Of a DNA stretch of 64,000 nucleotides, positions 26,834-36,321 are shown piece by piece. Every line of letters starts with the position of its first letter. Position 1 is the stretch's first letter. Both the position numbers and the translations under genes were made by a program. This stretch comes from Candidatus Obscuribacter sp. (GTDB lineage: Bacteria; Cyanobacteriota; Vampirovibrionia; Obscuribacterales; Obscuribacteraceae). The notes below the pieces were generated by a model that saw only the letters and a program-made list of their open reading frames with translations, searched no databases and was not told the DNA's origin. Location of the stretch: positions 340 to 64,339 of the forward strand of contig JADYXQ010000026.1 of assembly GCA_021772135.1 (NCBI GenBank), given 5' to 3'.

Positions 26834-29374
26834 CTAAAGTTCGCCCTTGAGTGCGAGAGCCAGTATCAGGTTAGCCATCAGATAAAACGCAGCCACAATC
26901 AAGAGGCAGCTGGAAATTCCGGTGGTGAGAGTAATGCTGACAAATGCGACGCCGCCCAGTGCATTGAACGCCGAATTGACTGCCCACATCCAGGCCACGG
27001 CACTGCCGAAACGCTTGCGTAAGCAATTCATGGCCAGCGAAACGGGCAAGCCCGTACAAACTGAAGAAAGCAAAGCGACTATTGCACAAATGGCGATGCG
27101 CGCCGGTTGTTCAAGTGCGAGCAGGTTCTTGGTTAAAACCGGCACACCAGCCCAGAGCGCCAGCATCAGGGCAGCCAGGCCCACGCCTAAAATAATGAAG
27201 GTGCGGCTATTTAAATTGAGATATTGAGAAATGAAACTGCCGATCGCATAACCGGACAGAACACTGACTAGCACTACCGATAGTGAATACGTGGGCCCAC
27301 CGACAAAAATTGTGAAGAGCTGGATAATGGTGGTTTCGTAAAGTAAAAAGGCAAAGCCACAAAGGGCAAAGAATATGATGAAAGGTGTTATCTGCAGGCC
27401 GATGATCCGGTTTTCGCGACGCATCAAAGGCAAAAAGACAAGGAGCAGTGCACCGAATAAGGTGGCGACAATTAGTGACACCGGAGTCGATGCCCAGGGT
27501 GATGTCATCAAGAAATTTTCGGCTTTAACTTGATGGTAAAAGTAAGGTTTGTCGTCGACTACAGGCCAGATTGCCTCAGGATACGCGTCGATCAAAGCGG
27601 GCCTTTGTGCTGCAGTGGCAAATCCCAATTGATCGTAAATTGGCTCGATGCTTGAGCCTTTGTGGCCAGGATCAAAAAGCATTACCTGTCCGGTAGCTTT
27701 GGCCCAATTGCGCAAGCGATTAAGTTCGTCTTTGGTAAAGGGAGACTTTTTCAACATTGAATCTGTCCATTCCAATCCGCCGACTACAACCACGTGTTTC
27801 CACGGCTCTTGCACACCAAGTTCGTCCAGTACTGTCAAATAAGTAGTGAACATGCGAATGCCGGTTTGGCGCGGTTTATCTCGCCAGTGAGTGAGAGAAA
27901 CCACTCCTTTTGGTTTGAGCACACGCATGTAATCGCGCACGGCATCAGCCGTGTAGAGATAATTTTCCACCAGCGACATGCCGCCGGTGGTAATGGCGGT
28001 AAGGGTGTCTACACCGCTGGCTTGAATGATGTCGTATGTATTGTCTGGCCTGGTTGTGCAGAAGTGTCTGGCTTCACTGAGAAAGATATTGACCGTGGAG
28101 GCGGCGTCGCTTTTCAGCCAGGGAGAAAAAGCTTGTTCGCCGTCGTCTACTTTGCCTGTGAGCAAATTAAAAATCGAGGGATTTACTTCGGCAACATCAA
28201 TCGTTTTGGTTTTGAAGAATTTGGCAATCAGTATGTCGATGCCACCACCGCCGCCGATTACCAGGCTGCGGTCACAATTGCCTTGAGCCACATATGGGCT
28301 GGCCCAGAGTGCTTCTCCCAAATAATCTTCTCTGGCGATATTACCTTCCACCTTAAACTGCCTGGTGTTGGCGCCGCCGTCAAGAAGCACGTAGCGGCCG
28401 TAAATGTCGCGGTCGTAAGATTTTGGTGAAAGACCGTAGCGATATTGTCTGTTTTTTGAGGTGCTAGTCTGGGAAACGTCTACGCGGGCGATGGCATTCC
28501 AGTGAGTGCTGCGGATGCCGCCGAAATCGTTGACGAAGACTATCTGGCCCCAGTCTTTAGATGAGCGAATATCGAAGCCCCAATTTTTAATGGCCCATTG
28601 CGGGTAAGCCATGAGCACCACAATTGCTCCCAGCGCGGCAAGCCAGTAGGGCGCAGCTTTACCGATTGTTGATTGATTGGTGCCATTGTTGGCATCAGCA
28701 CTAGCAGTGGCAGTAGCAGTGGCATCAGCAGTAGTAGCGGCATCAGTGCCGTGATTGGCGGCGATGAAAAAGGCCACTGAAGCTGCAATACCAAGCAGAC
28801 AGGCCACGGCAATGGTGCCATAACCGCCTACCCACTCCAGCGCCCAGGGACACAGAGAGGCCCCGAAGGCAGCGGCCAACAGGTCGAAGAAATAAATCAG
28901 GGCCACCGAGCGGCGGCTGGCGGAGAGAGTCTGGCTAATACAAAGTCCGGCCAGAAACATGGGTATTGAAAAAGTTGCAAAATAAATCGGCTGGGCCATG
29001 AAGCGTTTCATCACGTCAAGGTCGCGCATGTATGGATCCCAGGGGAACCAGCAGAAAAATGGAATGGCCAGGGCTAGAAAAATCGCATAAAGTGCGGCGG
29101 CTTTCCAGGCGGAGTTCCAGGCCTGACGACCATGAGACGCAAACAATCGCGGCAGCATATAAACGAAGGCGCCCGAGGCGCCGAAACTGAGAATGACCAT
29201 GCTGAGCACAGCATACGAAAGGTGGTGAAAGATTTTGCAGCCTAGAAATTTAGTCAGGCAGACTTCCACTAATAAAGTAGATGCAGATATCGCGCAGAGG
29301 CCAACGATGACGGCTACGCTCTCAGCCTTTACATGCGCCGCTGGAGCTGCCTGCTCAGACGTTTGATCTGCCAA
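26834..29374 (-). CDS. membrane-fused spermidine-synthase-like (class I methyltransferase-fold) protein
   Basis: An N-terminal block of about 8 TM and a C-terminal block of about 7 TM flank a soluble domain with LVIGGGGGIDILIAK (SAM/dcSAM-binding loop) and DIIQASGVD. Confidence 0.8.
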   Translation of the reverse strand: MADQTSEQAAPAAHVKAESVAVIVGLCAISASTLLVEVCLTKFLGCKIFHHLSYAVLSMVILSFGASGAFVYMLPRLFASHGRQAWNSAWKAAALYAIFLALAIPFFCWFPWDPYMRDLDVMKRFMAQPIYFATFSIPMFLAGLCISQTLSASRRSVALIYFFDLLAAAFGASLCPWALEWVGGYGTIAVACLLGIAASVAFFIAANHGTDAATTADATATATASADANNGTNQSTIGKAAPYWLAALGAIVVLMAYPQWAIKNWGFDIRSSKDWGQIVFVNDFGGIRSTHWNAIARVDVSQTSTSKNRQYRYGLSPKSYDRDIYGRYVLLDGGANTRQFKVEGNIAREDYLGEALWASPYVAQGNCDRSLVIGGGGGIDILIAKFFKTKTIDVAEVNPSIFNLLTGKVDDGEQAFSPWLKSDAASTVNIFLSEARHFCTTRPDNTYDIIQASGVDTLTAITTGGMSLVENYLYTADAVRDYMRVLKPKGVVSLTHWRDKPRQTGIRMFTTYLTVLDELGVQEPWKHVVVVGGLEWTDSMLKKSPFTKDELNRLRNWAKATGQVMLFDPGHKGSSIEPIYDQLGFATAAQRPALIDAYPEAIWPVVDDKPYFYHQVKAENFLMTSPWASTPVSLIVATLFGALLLVFLPLMRRENRIIGLQITPFIIFFALCGFAFLLYETTIIQLFTIFVGGPTYSLSVVLVSVLSGYAIGSFISQYLNLNSRTFIILGVGLAALMLALWAGVPVLTKNLLALEQPARIAICAIVALLSSVCTGLPVSLAMNCLRKRFGSAVAWMWAVNSAFNALGGVAFVSITLTTGISSCLLIVAAFYLMANLILALALKGEL

Positions 29375-29551
29375 AATAACCTCAGGCTCTAGTAGTGATT
29401 AGCCATTGTACAGCTACGCGCGCGGCCAGCGCTAGACTTAAGACTCCAAGTAGAAGGAAAAGCAGATGGATCAGCGCTTCTGATTTCAAGACGCTCATTG
29501 CCGCCGCTGTCGCCCTCAATACTACTCCTAAGAAGCCAAAAAAATGATGGC

Positions 29552-30022
29552 TTAGCCCACCATATTGAGGGCGGTCAGTACTCCGAAACCGTCTGGGCCA
29601 GGGTTAAAGGCGAAGTTGTTGTCGCTGGGAGCGCAGTTTAAAACTTCGATTCTTGAAAGTGAGACTGGTCGGTCATCTGCGCGACGGGTTTTTGCCTGGC
29701 AGTGATAACGCACGAGTAAACGGCCGCTTTCGCTGTGGCGCTGCACGCTGTAAATATCTTCAGCGGCTCCGCTCTGTACTACTCGCACTGTGAGCAATTC
29801 TTGAGTGCCATTGGGGCTATCGATAATCTCAAACTGAGCGTAGATAGTGGGCGCTAAGCCGCTTAAACTGTCTCCTTTATTGACACGGTGGCGCAAATTG
29901 AGAGTCTGCAAGCGGCGGGCGATTGTAAGCTGTGTTTCAAAAGGAAAAGCGATCATAAAATCGCGCACAGTCTGTCCGTCGCCGTATTCGATGGCCTGCA
30001 GTAAATTCTCGATTTTTGCCAT
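29552..30022 (-). CDS. hypothetical protein
   Basis: 156-aa ORF with an ATG start. No motif recognised. Confidence 0.5.
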   Translation of the reverse strand: MAKIENLLQAIEYGDGQTVRDFMIAFPFETQLTIARRLQTLNLRHRVNKGDSLSGLAPTIYAQFEIIDSPNGTQELLTVRVVQSGAAEDIYSVQRHSESGRLLVRYHCQAKTRRADDRPVSLSRIEVLNCAPSDNNFAFNPGPDGFGVLTALNMVG

Positions 30023-30195
30023 TTGGTAAGTGCCTCATCCGTGGGGATAGGCGAAGCTTACTTGCCACTCCATGAAAAGTTCGTGAAAGTTCTTTTTGCA
30101 CTGGCCGATATGAGATTTTGGTTCAGTCATTTAACTGAAACTTTTGGCGCGCTCCTGACGTAGAGATCGGTAGAGACTCCACAGAAGGAATTACC

Positions 30196-30696
30196 ATGAA
30201 TAATTTGCAATTGAATTTGAGTTTGAAAGAATGTGTTGTCGCGGCCTCACTGGCTTTGATACTGGTGGGCGCCCTGGCTCCGGCGAGCGATGCTCGAGGA
30301 TTCCGCGCTCGCGGTGCTAATGGCGCAACCGGCGCTTACGGCCGGAGCAGTGCTAATAGTCGCAGCGGAGCAGCTGCTGCTGTGGGCTATAACCGTGGCG
30401 CCGCTTTTCGAGCAGGTAGTTGGAGTCGCGCCAGTAAGTTTGCCGCTCAAGGCGTAGCGGGAGGCTCAGCTTCAGGCTACAGCAATAATGTCTACAATGC
30501 TCAAACCGGCACAGGCACTCGCAATAGCGGCAAAGACTTCAATTCCGCCTCAGGCCAATCTTATGGCTATGACGGCAGCACTAGTTATGCCAAAGGACAG
30601 GGGACCACTTCTACAATCGATACGCAAAACAAAGGCGATTATTCAGTAGACTGGCAAAAAGGCAGCAAACCGATAGTCACACCTACTGGTTTATAG
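30196..30696 (+). CDS. secreted Gly/Ser/Ala/Asn-rich low-complexity protein
   Basis: AGGA lies upstream of the ATG. Signal peptide CVVAASLALILVGALAPASDA. The remainder is low complexity. Confidence 0.5.
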   Translation: MNNLQLNLSLKECVVAASLALILVGALAPASDARGFRARGANGATGAYGRSSANSRSGAAAAVGYNRGAAFRAGSWSRASKFAAQGVAGGSASGYSNNVYNAQTGTGTRNSGKDFNSASGQSYGYDGSTSYAKGQGTTSTIDTQNKGDYSVDWQKGSKPIVTPTGL

Positions 30697-30703
30697 TATA
30701 TGC

Positions 30704-31255
30704 ATGAATGCTGCAGTTTTTGAAACTTCCCGCCTTTATGCTCGCCCTTTTTTGCCCGCTCAAGATGCGCCGCAAGCCTTTTTGATTTACGGCGACGCTG
30801 AGGTGACGCATTTTATCAATATGGGTCAAGCCGACGCTTCTCTCTCTGTGACGCAAGCGCGATTAGAGCGCTATGCCGCGGTAGAAAACGGCCTTGGTGT
30901 CATGGCGTTGATCAAAAAAGATGACGGCATGATTGTGGGAAGTATTTTGATCAAACGCTTGCCCGATGCTGAAAAACGGGCAACAGACGATTGGGAAGTA
31001 GGCTGGCATTTGCGCCGGTCGGCCTGGGGCGCCGGTTTTGCCACAGAGGCCGGGGCCGCCGCCTTGCGCTATGGCTTTGAGGAGCTTTCACTGGGTGAGA
31101 TTTATGCAGTGGTTGACGTAGATAATTTGGCCTCGCAAAAGGTTGTGCACCGGCTTAACATGGTGCATCTCGGTCAGACCGGTAAATATTATGGTCAGAC
31201 CCTGGAGCTTTATCGCGCCATGAGTAGCAGCCTGGGTGGGCTTCAGAGATTTTAA
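30704..31255 (+). CDS. GNAT family N-acetyltransferase (RimJ/RimL-like)
   Basis: EVGWHLRRSAWGAGFATEAGAAALRYGF acetyl-CoA binding block. Confidence 0.8.
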   Translation: MNAAVFETSRLYARPFLPAQDAPQAFLIYGDAEVTHFINMGQADASLSVTQARLERYAAVENGLGVMALIKKDDGMIVGSILIKRLPDAEKRATDDWEVGWHLRRSAWGAGFATEAGAAALRYGFEELSLGEIYAVVDVDNLASQKVVHRLNMVHLGQTGKYYGQTLELYRAMSSSLGGLQRF

Positions 31256-31265
31256 ATTTTCTATC

Positions 31266-31311
31266 GGTAGCCCGACAGAGATTTTTGCGCGAAAATCTCT
31301 GTCAGGCTACC
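31266..31311. terminator. 20-bp stem (one C.A mismatch) / 6-nt loop hairpin immediately after the GNAT stop
   Basis: ggtagcccgacagagatttt-tgcgcg-aaaatctctgtcaggctacc read directly. There is no clear trailing U-tract. Confidence 0.45.
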
Positions 31312-31545
31312 AGGAAGAATTCAAAAGACAGCACCCCTGAACTGCGCTGCCAGTTGATTAAAAACTCCCCGCAGCTGCAAATTGCCGATTACTGTCACGT
31401 TAAATTCACGTTGGCGCCATTAAATTGTATTTGTGCAACCATATTGTTTCCTGGCGAACAGACAGAGTGGGGCTTTCCCCCGACAATGAAGGCGTGGACT
31501 GGGTAAGATAAATTAGTAGCGAAAATAACGCAAGCGGCATGAAGA

Positions 31546-33327
31546 GTGGCAACAGATACCAAACCAGCTGAAACACAGCAAACTAGCGACAAAGTACAGG
31601 TTAAAGACGCACCAGTCGTCGGCGAAGCTGCGCGCAATGAGGCGGTGCAATCGTTCAAGCCCCTGGCAAAAGATGCTACTGCTCCTCCAAATCCTATTAC
31701 CGACGGCGCCATGGGTATGAATCCGCCGCCCTCCGACAAAACTATGACCGAATATTTTGCGCCGGGCAAAAATGGCGACGCTAAAAGCGATGGCAGCGAT
31801 AAAGGTTTAGATAAACCAGTTGGTTCTAAAGCCGAAGGCGCTCTAGAAGACTATAAAAAGACCATGATGCGCGCCGGCATGAGCGAAGAAGATGCCACTA
31901 AGTTGTCGCGCGATACTCTTTCGCGCCTGGAAAAAACCAAAAAAGGCGCTGATAGCGCTTTAGAAGGCACACCAGAGCAACAGATGTCGCGCATGAATAA
32001 AGCGATGAGCGATATTCTCGATGGCTCAGGTAAACGGCCCGACGGCAAGCTCGCCAATGGCCAGGACGATCCGCTCACTAGTCGCGATCGTCAGAACATC
32101 GTCAAAGATCTGGCCGCACGCGAAGCCGATCCAGATAAGTATGTAAACCAGGGTCAGCACATGACCTGCGCTCTTGAATCAAATCAGAAGCAAAGGCTTG
32201 AAGGCGGCGACCCCGCGAAGGTAGCTGAACAAATTGCTTCGGTGGTGAACAAAGGCTCTGCTGAAATTACTGAAAAAGACGGCAAGGTAAGAATCGTCAA
32301 TGTCGACTCCCGCAGCTTCGCCCCCGATCGAGAGTCAAGCCAAGATTTCAACGTTAAGACAGCTGGTGATGGTGGTCAACGCGGCTTAGCCGGTCATGTT
32401 TATGACGCCCTGGCCGGGCAAACCGTCGCCGACCTTCGCGCTGAGCGAGAAGGCAAGCCAACTTCGGCAAATGGAGTGGGCGAAGCCAGTTATGTTTATA
32501 TGGCGGCTCACGCTGATCAACTGGGCGCCAAGCCAGGACAAACTCACACGAATGAAGCTTTGATGGCCAAAAATGGTGACGGCAGCTACAAATTTGTTAC
32601 CGACACACCTGGTGTTGATATCTGGCAAATGGCACATTTGAACAAAGCTATGGGCGGAAATCCTGGTGCAGTATTTGCTCATGCCGGAACCGTAGGCGAT
32701 GGCATACCGCCGAAAGGCGCAGGGTATCCGCCAGACATGCGCATCACATCTTTTTCAAGCTCAGAAGATCTGGCTAAAAAGTTGGGAGACTTCCAGCAAA
32801 AGACCGGTCAATCGGGTCAAATCATGGTCAACGCGCCATTCTTACCCGGTGGTGGTGAGAACGGCCACGGCCTCCATGCCATGAACGTTAAGCTTGATGC
32901 TAACGGCAAATTTGATTTAGATAATAACTGGGGCAAGAAATTTGACCTTGGCTCCGTATCTGGTGCGGTGATCGATAAAGCTACAGATCCCGAGAAATGG
33001 AAACCAAAAACTGCAGAAGGCCAAGCCGAACCGAAACCGACGGATCGTACCGAAATTCGCCCCGGCGGCGGCCGCAACCCCAACGAGAGTCAAGCAGATT
33101 ATCAAAGTCGCCTGCTGGAAGAGCAGAAAAAAGAAAAAGACAAAGCCGAAGATCCAAGCAAAGATCCAAGCAAAGATCTGCTCAAGCAGACCGAGAAAGA
33201 TGCTCAGGCTGCCGAAGAAAGATATCAGAGCGAGCTGCAAATTTGGGCCGCAGAAAAAGCCCGTGCCGAAGCAGGCGGCAAGCCTGGAGACATATTCATG
33301 AAGCCACCGCCCCGTCGTCAGCAGTAA
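31546..33327 (+). CDS. large charged protein with a predicted papain-fold cysteine peptidase core
   Basis: NQGQHMTC (Gln six residues before Cys208, as in papain), GHGLHAMNV (His444), DNNWG (Asn461-Trp462). Flanked by Lys/Asp/Glu/Pro-rich, apparently disordered regions. No signal peptide. GTG start. Confidence 0.5.
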   Translation: MATDTKPAETQQTSDKVQVKDAPVVGEAARNEAVQSFKPLAKDATAPPNPITDGAMGMNPPPSDKTMTEYFAPGKNGDAKSDGSDKGLDKPVGSKAEGALEDYKKTMMRAGMSEEDATKLSRDTLSRLEKTKKGADSALEGTPEQQMSRMNKAMSDILDGSGKRPDGKLANGQDDPLTSRDRQNIVKDLAAREADPDKYVNQGQHMTCALESNQKQRLEGGDPAKVAEQIASVVNKGSAEITEKDGKVRIVNVDSRSFAPDRESSQDFNVKTAGDGGQRGLAGHVYDALAGQTVADLRAEREGKPTSANGVGEASYVYMAAHADQLGAKPGQTHTNEALMAKNGDGSYKFVTDTPGVDIWQMAHLNKAMGGNPGAVFAHAGTVGDGIPPKGAGYPPDMRITSFSSSEDLAKKLGDFQQKTGQSGQIMVNAPFLPGGGENGHGLHAMNVKLDANGKFDLDNNWGKKFDLGSVSGAVIDKATDPEKWKPKTAEGQAEPKPTDRTEIRPGGGRNPNESQADYQSRLLEEQKKEKDKAEDPSKDPSKDLLKQTEKDAQAAEERYQSELQIWAAEKARAEAGGKPGDIFMKPPPRRQQ

Positions 33328-33339
33328 TGTAATCGGTCA

Positions 33340-33975
33340 ATGCTGCTTAAAAAAAATGGCGTAATTAAAGATATGCTTCTGCCGGCTGAATTCGTGCAGG
33401 GCGAACAAGAGTTTGGCGGCAAGGGCGACAACTGGCGGCTGATTCATTATCCGCGCAAATTTAAAAATGAGACGCCGTCGCCTGTGCAGTTGATTATTTA
33501 TTATCGCGGTAGCCCGCCGCCTAAGGCCGCCGGTGATGCTTTTCGTGTTTTGGTGAGCCAGGCGCCTCAGGTTTTGTTTGATCAAGACGACACAAAAGAC
33601 GCCAGTGCAGTGAGCAACATGCTAAAAAATCTCGGACAGGCTTTAGGAAGTGCCTCCGATAATCAGCTGGTCAATCAAAAACAAGGCTTGCACGGCGCGC
33701 TCTTTTATTTGCAGAAACTGGCAGTGGGTCAAGTAAATAAACGCAGTGTGCTGACGGTGACGGGAGTTTTTCACAGAAGCGGCGCCACTCCTGATGAATT
33801 TCAGTTTGAAGGCAGCACTAATTATTCGCAGGCAATATTGTTTGACGCTGCTCCTGGAAGCGAGCCCTGTCGCATCGAAGAAATTGTGCTGCAAGCCGAC
33901 ACTGCTGAGTTATTAGGCACTTACTTGCCCTTGCTTGATCGCGCACTGAATACGGTGCGCTGGAACGATCGCTAA
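33340..33975 (+). CDS. hypothetical protein, 12 nt downstream of the peptidase-like gene
   Basis: 211-aa ORF with an ATG start. No motif recognised. Confidence 0.5.
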   Translation: MLLKKNGVIKDMLLPAEFVQGEQEFGGKGDNWRLIHYPRKFKNETPSPVQLIIYYRGSPPPKAAGDAFRVLVSQAPQVLFDQDDTKDASAVSNMLKNLGQALGSASDNQLVNQKQGLHGALFYLQKLAVGQVNKRSVLTVTGVFHRSGATPDEFQFEGSTNYSQAILFDAAPGSEPCRIEEIVLQADTAELLGTYLPLLDRALNTVRWNDR

Positions 33976-33976
33976 A

Positions 33977-35593
33977 TCATTTCGTTATCGGCAGCAATTT
34001 CGGATCTCTGGTGTTAAGCAGCAGATCGGCGCTTTCCGGGCTGCCTTCCAGGGCCTTTTTCAACGACGGCAATGATTTATTGCCGGCTCCGGCATTGAGT
34101 CCGTCGAAGCCTACTTCCATTGATTCACTGGCGCTCAGTTTAAGAGTTTCCAGATGTTTGAGGGCCTCTTCAGCTTCTTTTTTATTGTGGGTCTTTCTGG
34201 CAATTTCCATTAAACAGAGCCAGGGAGCGGTTTTTTTAGGGTTCTTGGCCAGAAGTTGTCTTGCCAGTACTTTTGCTTCGTTAAAGCGATCAGCGCTATA
34301 TAATCCCGCTAAATAATCAAGATCAAGATCGACTTCATCAGGAAATGCTTTTTTTGCCTCTTTCAGCAGCGCGAAACCCTGGTCGTATTTTTTGAAACAC
34401 ATGAGCGCCCATGCCAAGGCTGACATGGCGGTGACATTATCTGGAGCTTGCGAATACATTTCTTTGGCCAGAGCCATGGCCTGTTCGTTTTTGCTGATGA
34501 GAAAATTAAGGCGCACAAGAATTCCCTGAATTTTTAATTTCTGTTCGGGGCTTTGGGCTAGTTCTGCGCTCTTTTTCAGGTAAGGTTCTGCTTCTTTCGG
34601 TTTGTCGGCATTAATCAAGGCGATGGCTAAGGCACTGCTATTGGTGGCACTGCGTGAGTTGAAGCCGTAAGCAATTCGCGCGCAGCGCAAGCTTTCCTCC
34701 ATTTTGCGCTCGGCGCAATAATATTCGGCCAATTCAAGCCAGGCTTGCTCACTTGTCGGTCTGACTACCGTTGCCTGCTTGAGCAGCGCTTCTTGCTCGC
34801 TGAAACGCCCTTCAGCGCCGGCAATTTTAGCGAGGCCTAAATAGGGCTCAACAGATTTCGGAAAGTTTTTTTTGATTTCGTTATAGACAGTTTTGGCTGG
34901 TGCGGTTTTGTTCTGAGCCAGATAGATATTAGCCAGATCTGTTCGGTACCACAGGCTTGTAGGAGAGGCTTTTATGGCATTCTCTAATATTTGAGCAGCT
35001 TCGCCGTAGCGTTTTTGGCGCCAGAGCAAATGGCTTAAAATTCTATTGGCGCCGTCGGTTTTTGCATCAATTTGCAGCGCGCGGCGCAGGTTTTTTTCGG
35101 CGCTGGCAGCAACACCCCTGTTCGCGCTTAGATATTGATTCAAACCCAGATAATAGTACGCTTCCGCCAGATTGGGAGCGAGCGTAATGGCCTTACTGCA
35201 CGCTTCTGCGGCGGCGGCATATTGGTGGCAGGCCTGATCGGTTTTAGCTCGGGCGAGGTAGCACTGAACGTTGCCTGGCTCTAATTGAGTGGCGCTTTTG
35301 ACGTAAGCATAGCTCAGTTGAGCCTTTCCCTGACGCCTGTAAACCTTGCCCAGGCCAAGGAGGGCCGGCACGCTTTTTTCATTGGTCTGCAAGGCCTGGC
35401 GGAAGAGTGGCTCGGCCTCTTTGTATTTGAAGGCTTTGCAGAGTTTTTCGCCTTCCGCCACCAGCGACGCACTTTTTGCATCGGCCGCGCCGATTTTATT
35501 TTGTGCCTGGGCCGGCGACAAGTGAAGTGACAGGGCCAGCAAAAGTACGGCCGTCAGTTTGATTTTTACAATACGAGTGGCCCTGGTGCTCAT
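33977..35593 (-). CDS. secreted tetratricopeptide-repeat (TPR) protein
   Basis: Signal peptide LTAVLLLALSLHLSPAQA. More than 10 TPR-like 34-aa units (A..Y..LG......A...). Confidence 0.85.
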   Translation of the reverse strand: MSTRATRIVKIKLTAVLLLALSLHLSPAQAQNKIGAADAKSASLVAEGEKLCKAFKYKEAEPLFRQALQTNEKSVPALLGLGKVYRRQGKAQLSYAYVKSATQLEPGNVQCYLARAKTDQACHQYAAAAEACSKAITLAPNLAEAYYYLGLNQYLSANRGVAASAEKNLRRALQIDAKTDGANRILSHLLWRQKRYGEAAQILENAIKASPTSLWYRTDLANIYLAQNKTAPAKTVYNEIKKNFPKSVEPYLGLAKIAGAEGRFSEQEALLKQATVVRPTSEQAWLELAEYYCAERKMEESLRCARIAYGFNSRSATNSSALAIALINADKPKEAEPYLKKSAELAQSPEQKLKIQGILVRLNFLISKNEQAMALAKEMYSQAPDNVTAMSALAWALMCFKKYDQGFALLKEAKKAFPDEVDLDLDYLAGLYSADRFNEAKVLARQLLAKNPKKTAPWLCLMEIARKTHNKKEAEEALKHLETLKLSASESMEVGFDGLNAGAGNKSLPSLKKALEGSPESADLLLNTRDPKLLPITK

Positions 35594-35646
35594 AATTCCG
35601 CCTGTGCCACCGCTTTTAATTTGTCGACTTTTATTTGCCAGCTGTT

Positions 35647-36321
35647 CTATTTGTCTTCGATCAGGTAACCCGAGCCGAGCACCGTTTTGATCAATTCTTC
35701 TTTGCCCACAGTGGCCAGTTGGCGACGCAAAGTTTTCATGCAGGTTCGCACCGTGTCTTCGGAGGCTTCGCTTTCAGACGGCCAGACTGCGTCGAGCAAA
35801 GCCTTGGCGCCAAAGGGGCGGTTGGGATGGCGCATCAGGTATTCCAGCAGTGAACATTGCTTGGGCATCAGGTGCACGCTTTGACCGCCTACGGTGACCG
35901 TGCGGTTTTCAAGTTCTAATGCCACGCCTTGAATTTGCAGCTGGGTGGGTAATATCCCTTTTGGTCGGCGCAGAAGGCTGCGCACTCGGGCGGAAAGCTC
36001 GCGAACGTCAAAGGGCTTAACCAGATAATCATCGCCGCCTGAGTCTAGCCCTTCTTCGCGACTGGAAATGTCACTTTTGCCGGTTAAAAACATTATCGGC
36101 GACTGACCGCCGGCCTTGCGATATTGCCGGCAAACATCCACCCCTGTAACTCCCGGTAGACCCCAGTCGAGCACGATTACGTCAAATTCAAAGCTGCCCA
36201 GCATTTGCAATGCATCCTCGCCGCTATTGACCACTTCCAGAGTGTGATTCTCCAGTGTGAACCAGTCTTCCAGCCTTTCGGCCAGTTCTGAATCGTCTTC
36301 AACGAGCAATATTTTTGCCAT
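35647..36321 (-). CDS. OmpR-family response regulator
   Basis: REC motifs (LLVEDD, VIVLDWGLPG, FLTGK, DDYLVKPF) plus a winged-helix output domain (LMPKQCSLLEYLMRHPNRPF...LRRQL...IKTVLGSGY). Confidence 0.9.
   Translation of the reverse strand: MAKILLVEDDSELAERLEDWFTLENHTLEVVNSGEDALQMLGSFEFDVIVLDWGLPGVTGVDVCRQYRKAGGQSPIMFLTGKSDISSREEGLDSGGDDYLVKPFDVRELSARVRSLLRRPKGILPTQLQIQGVALELENRTVTVGGQSVHLMPKQCSLLEYLMRHPNRPFGAKALLDAVWPSESEASEDTVRTCMKTLRRQLATVGKEELIKTVLGSGYLIEDK

Noticed and set aside
27794-28429. Long antisense ORFs inside big genes (for example 27794-28429 +, 8685-9260 -, 45453-46178 +, 46888-47403 +, 17851-18505 -)
   Set aside because: All lie opposite strongly supported genes with family motifs. 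They are typical shadow ORFs at this GC content.
28680-28760. Short DNA repeats (gcagtagcagtggcatcagc-type at 28680-28760; gatccaagcaaa x2 at ~33150-33185; cgctaccttcgctacc at ~58450-58480)
   Set aside because: All are in-frame low-complexity coding repeats within ORFs, not independent repeat elements.
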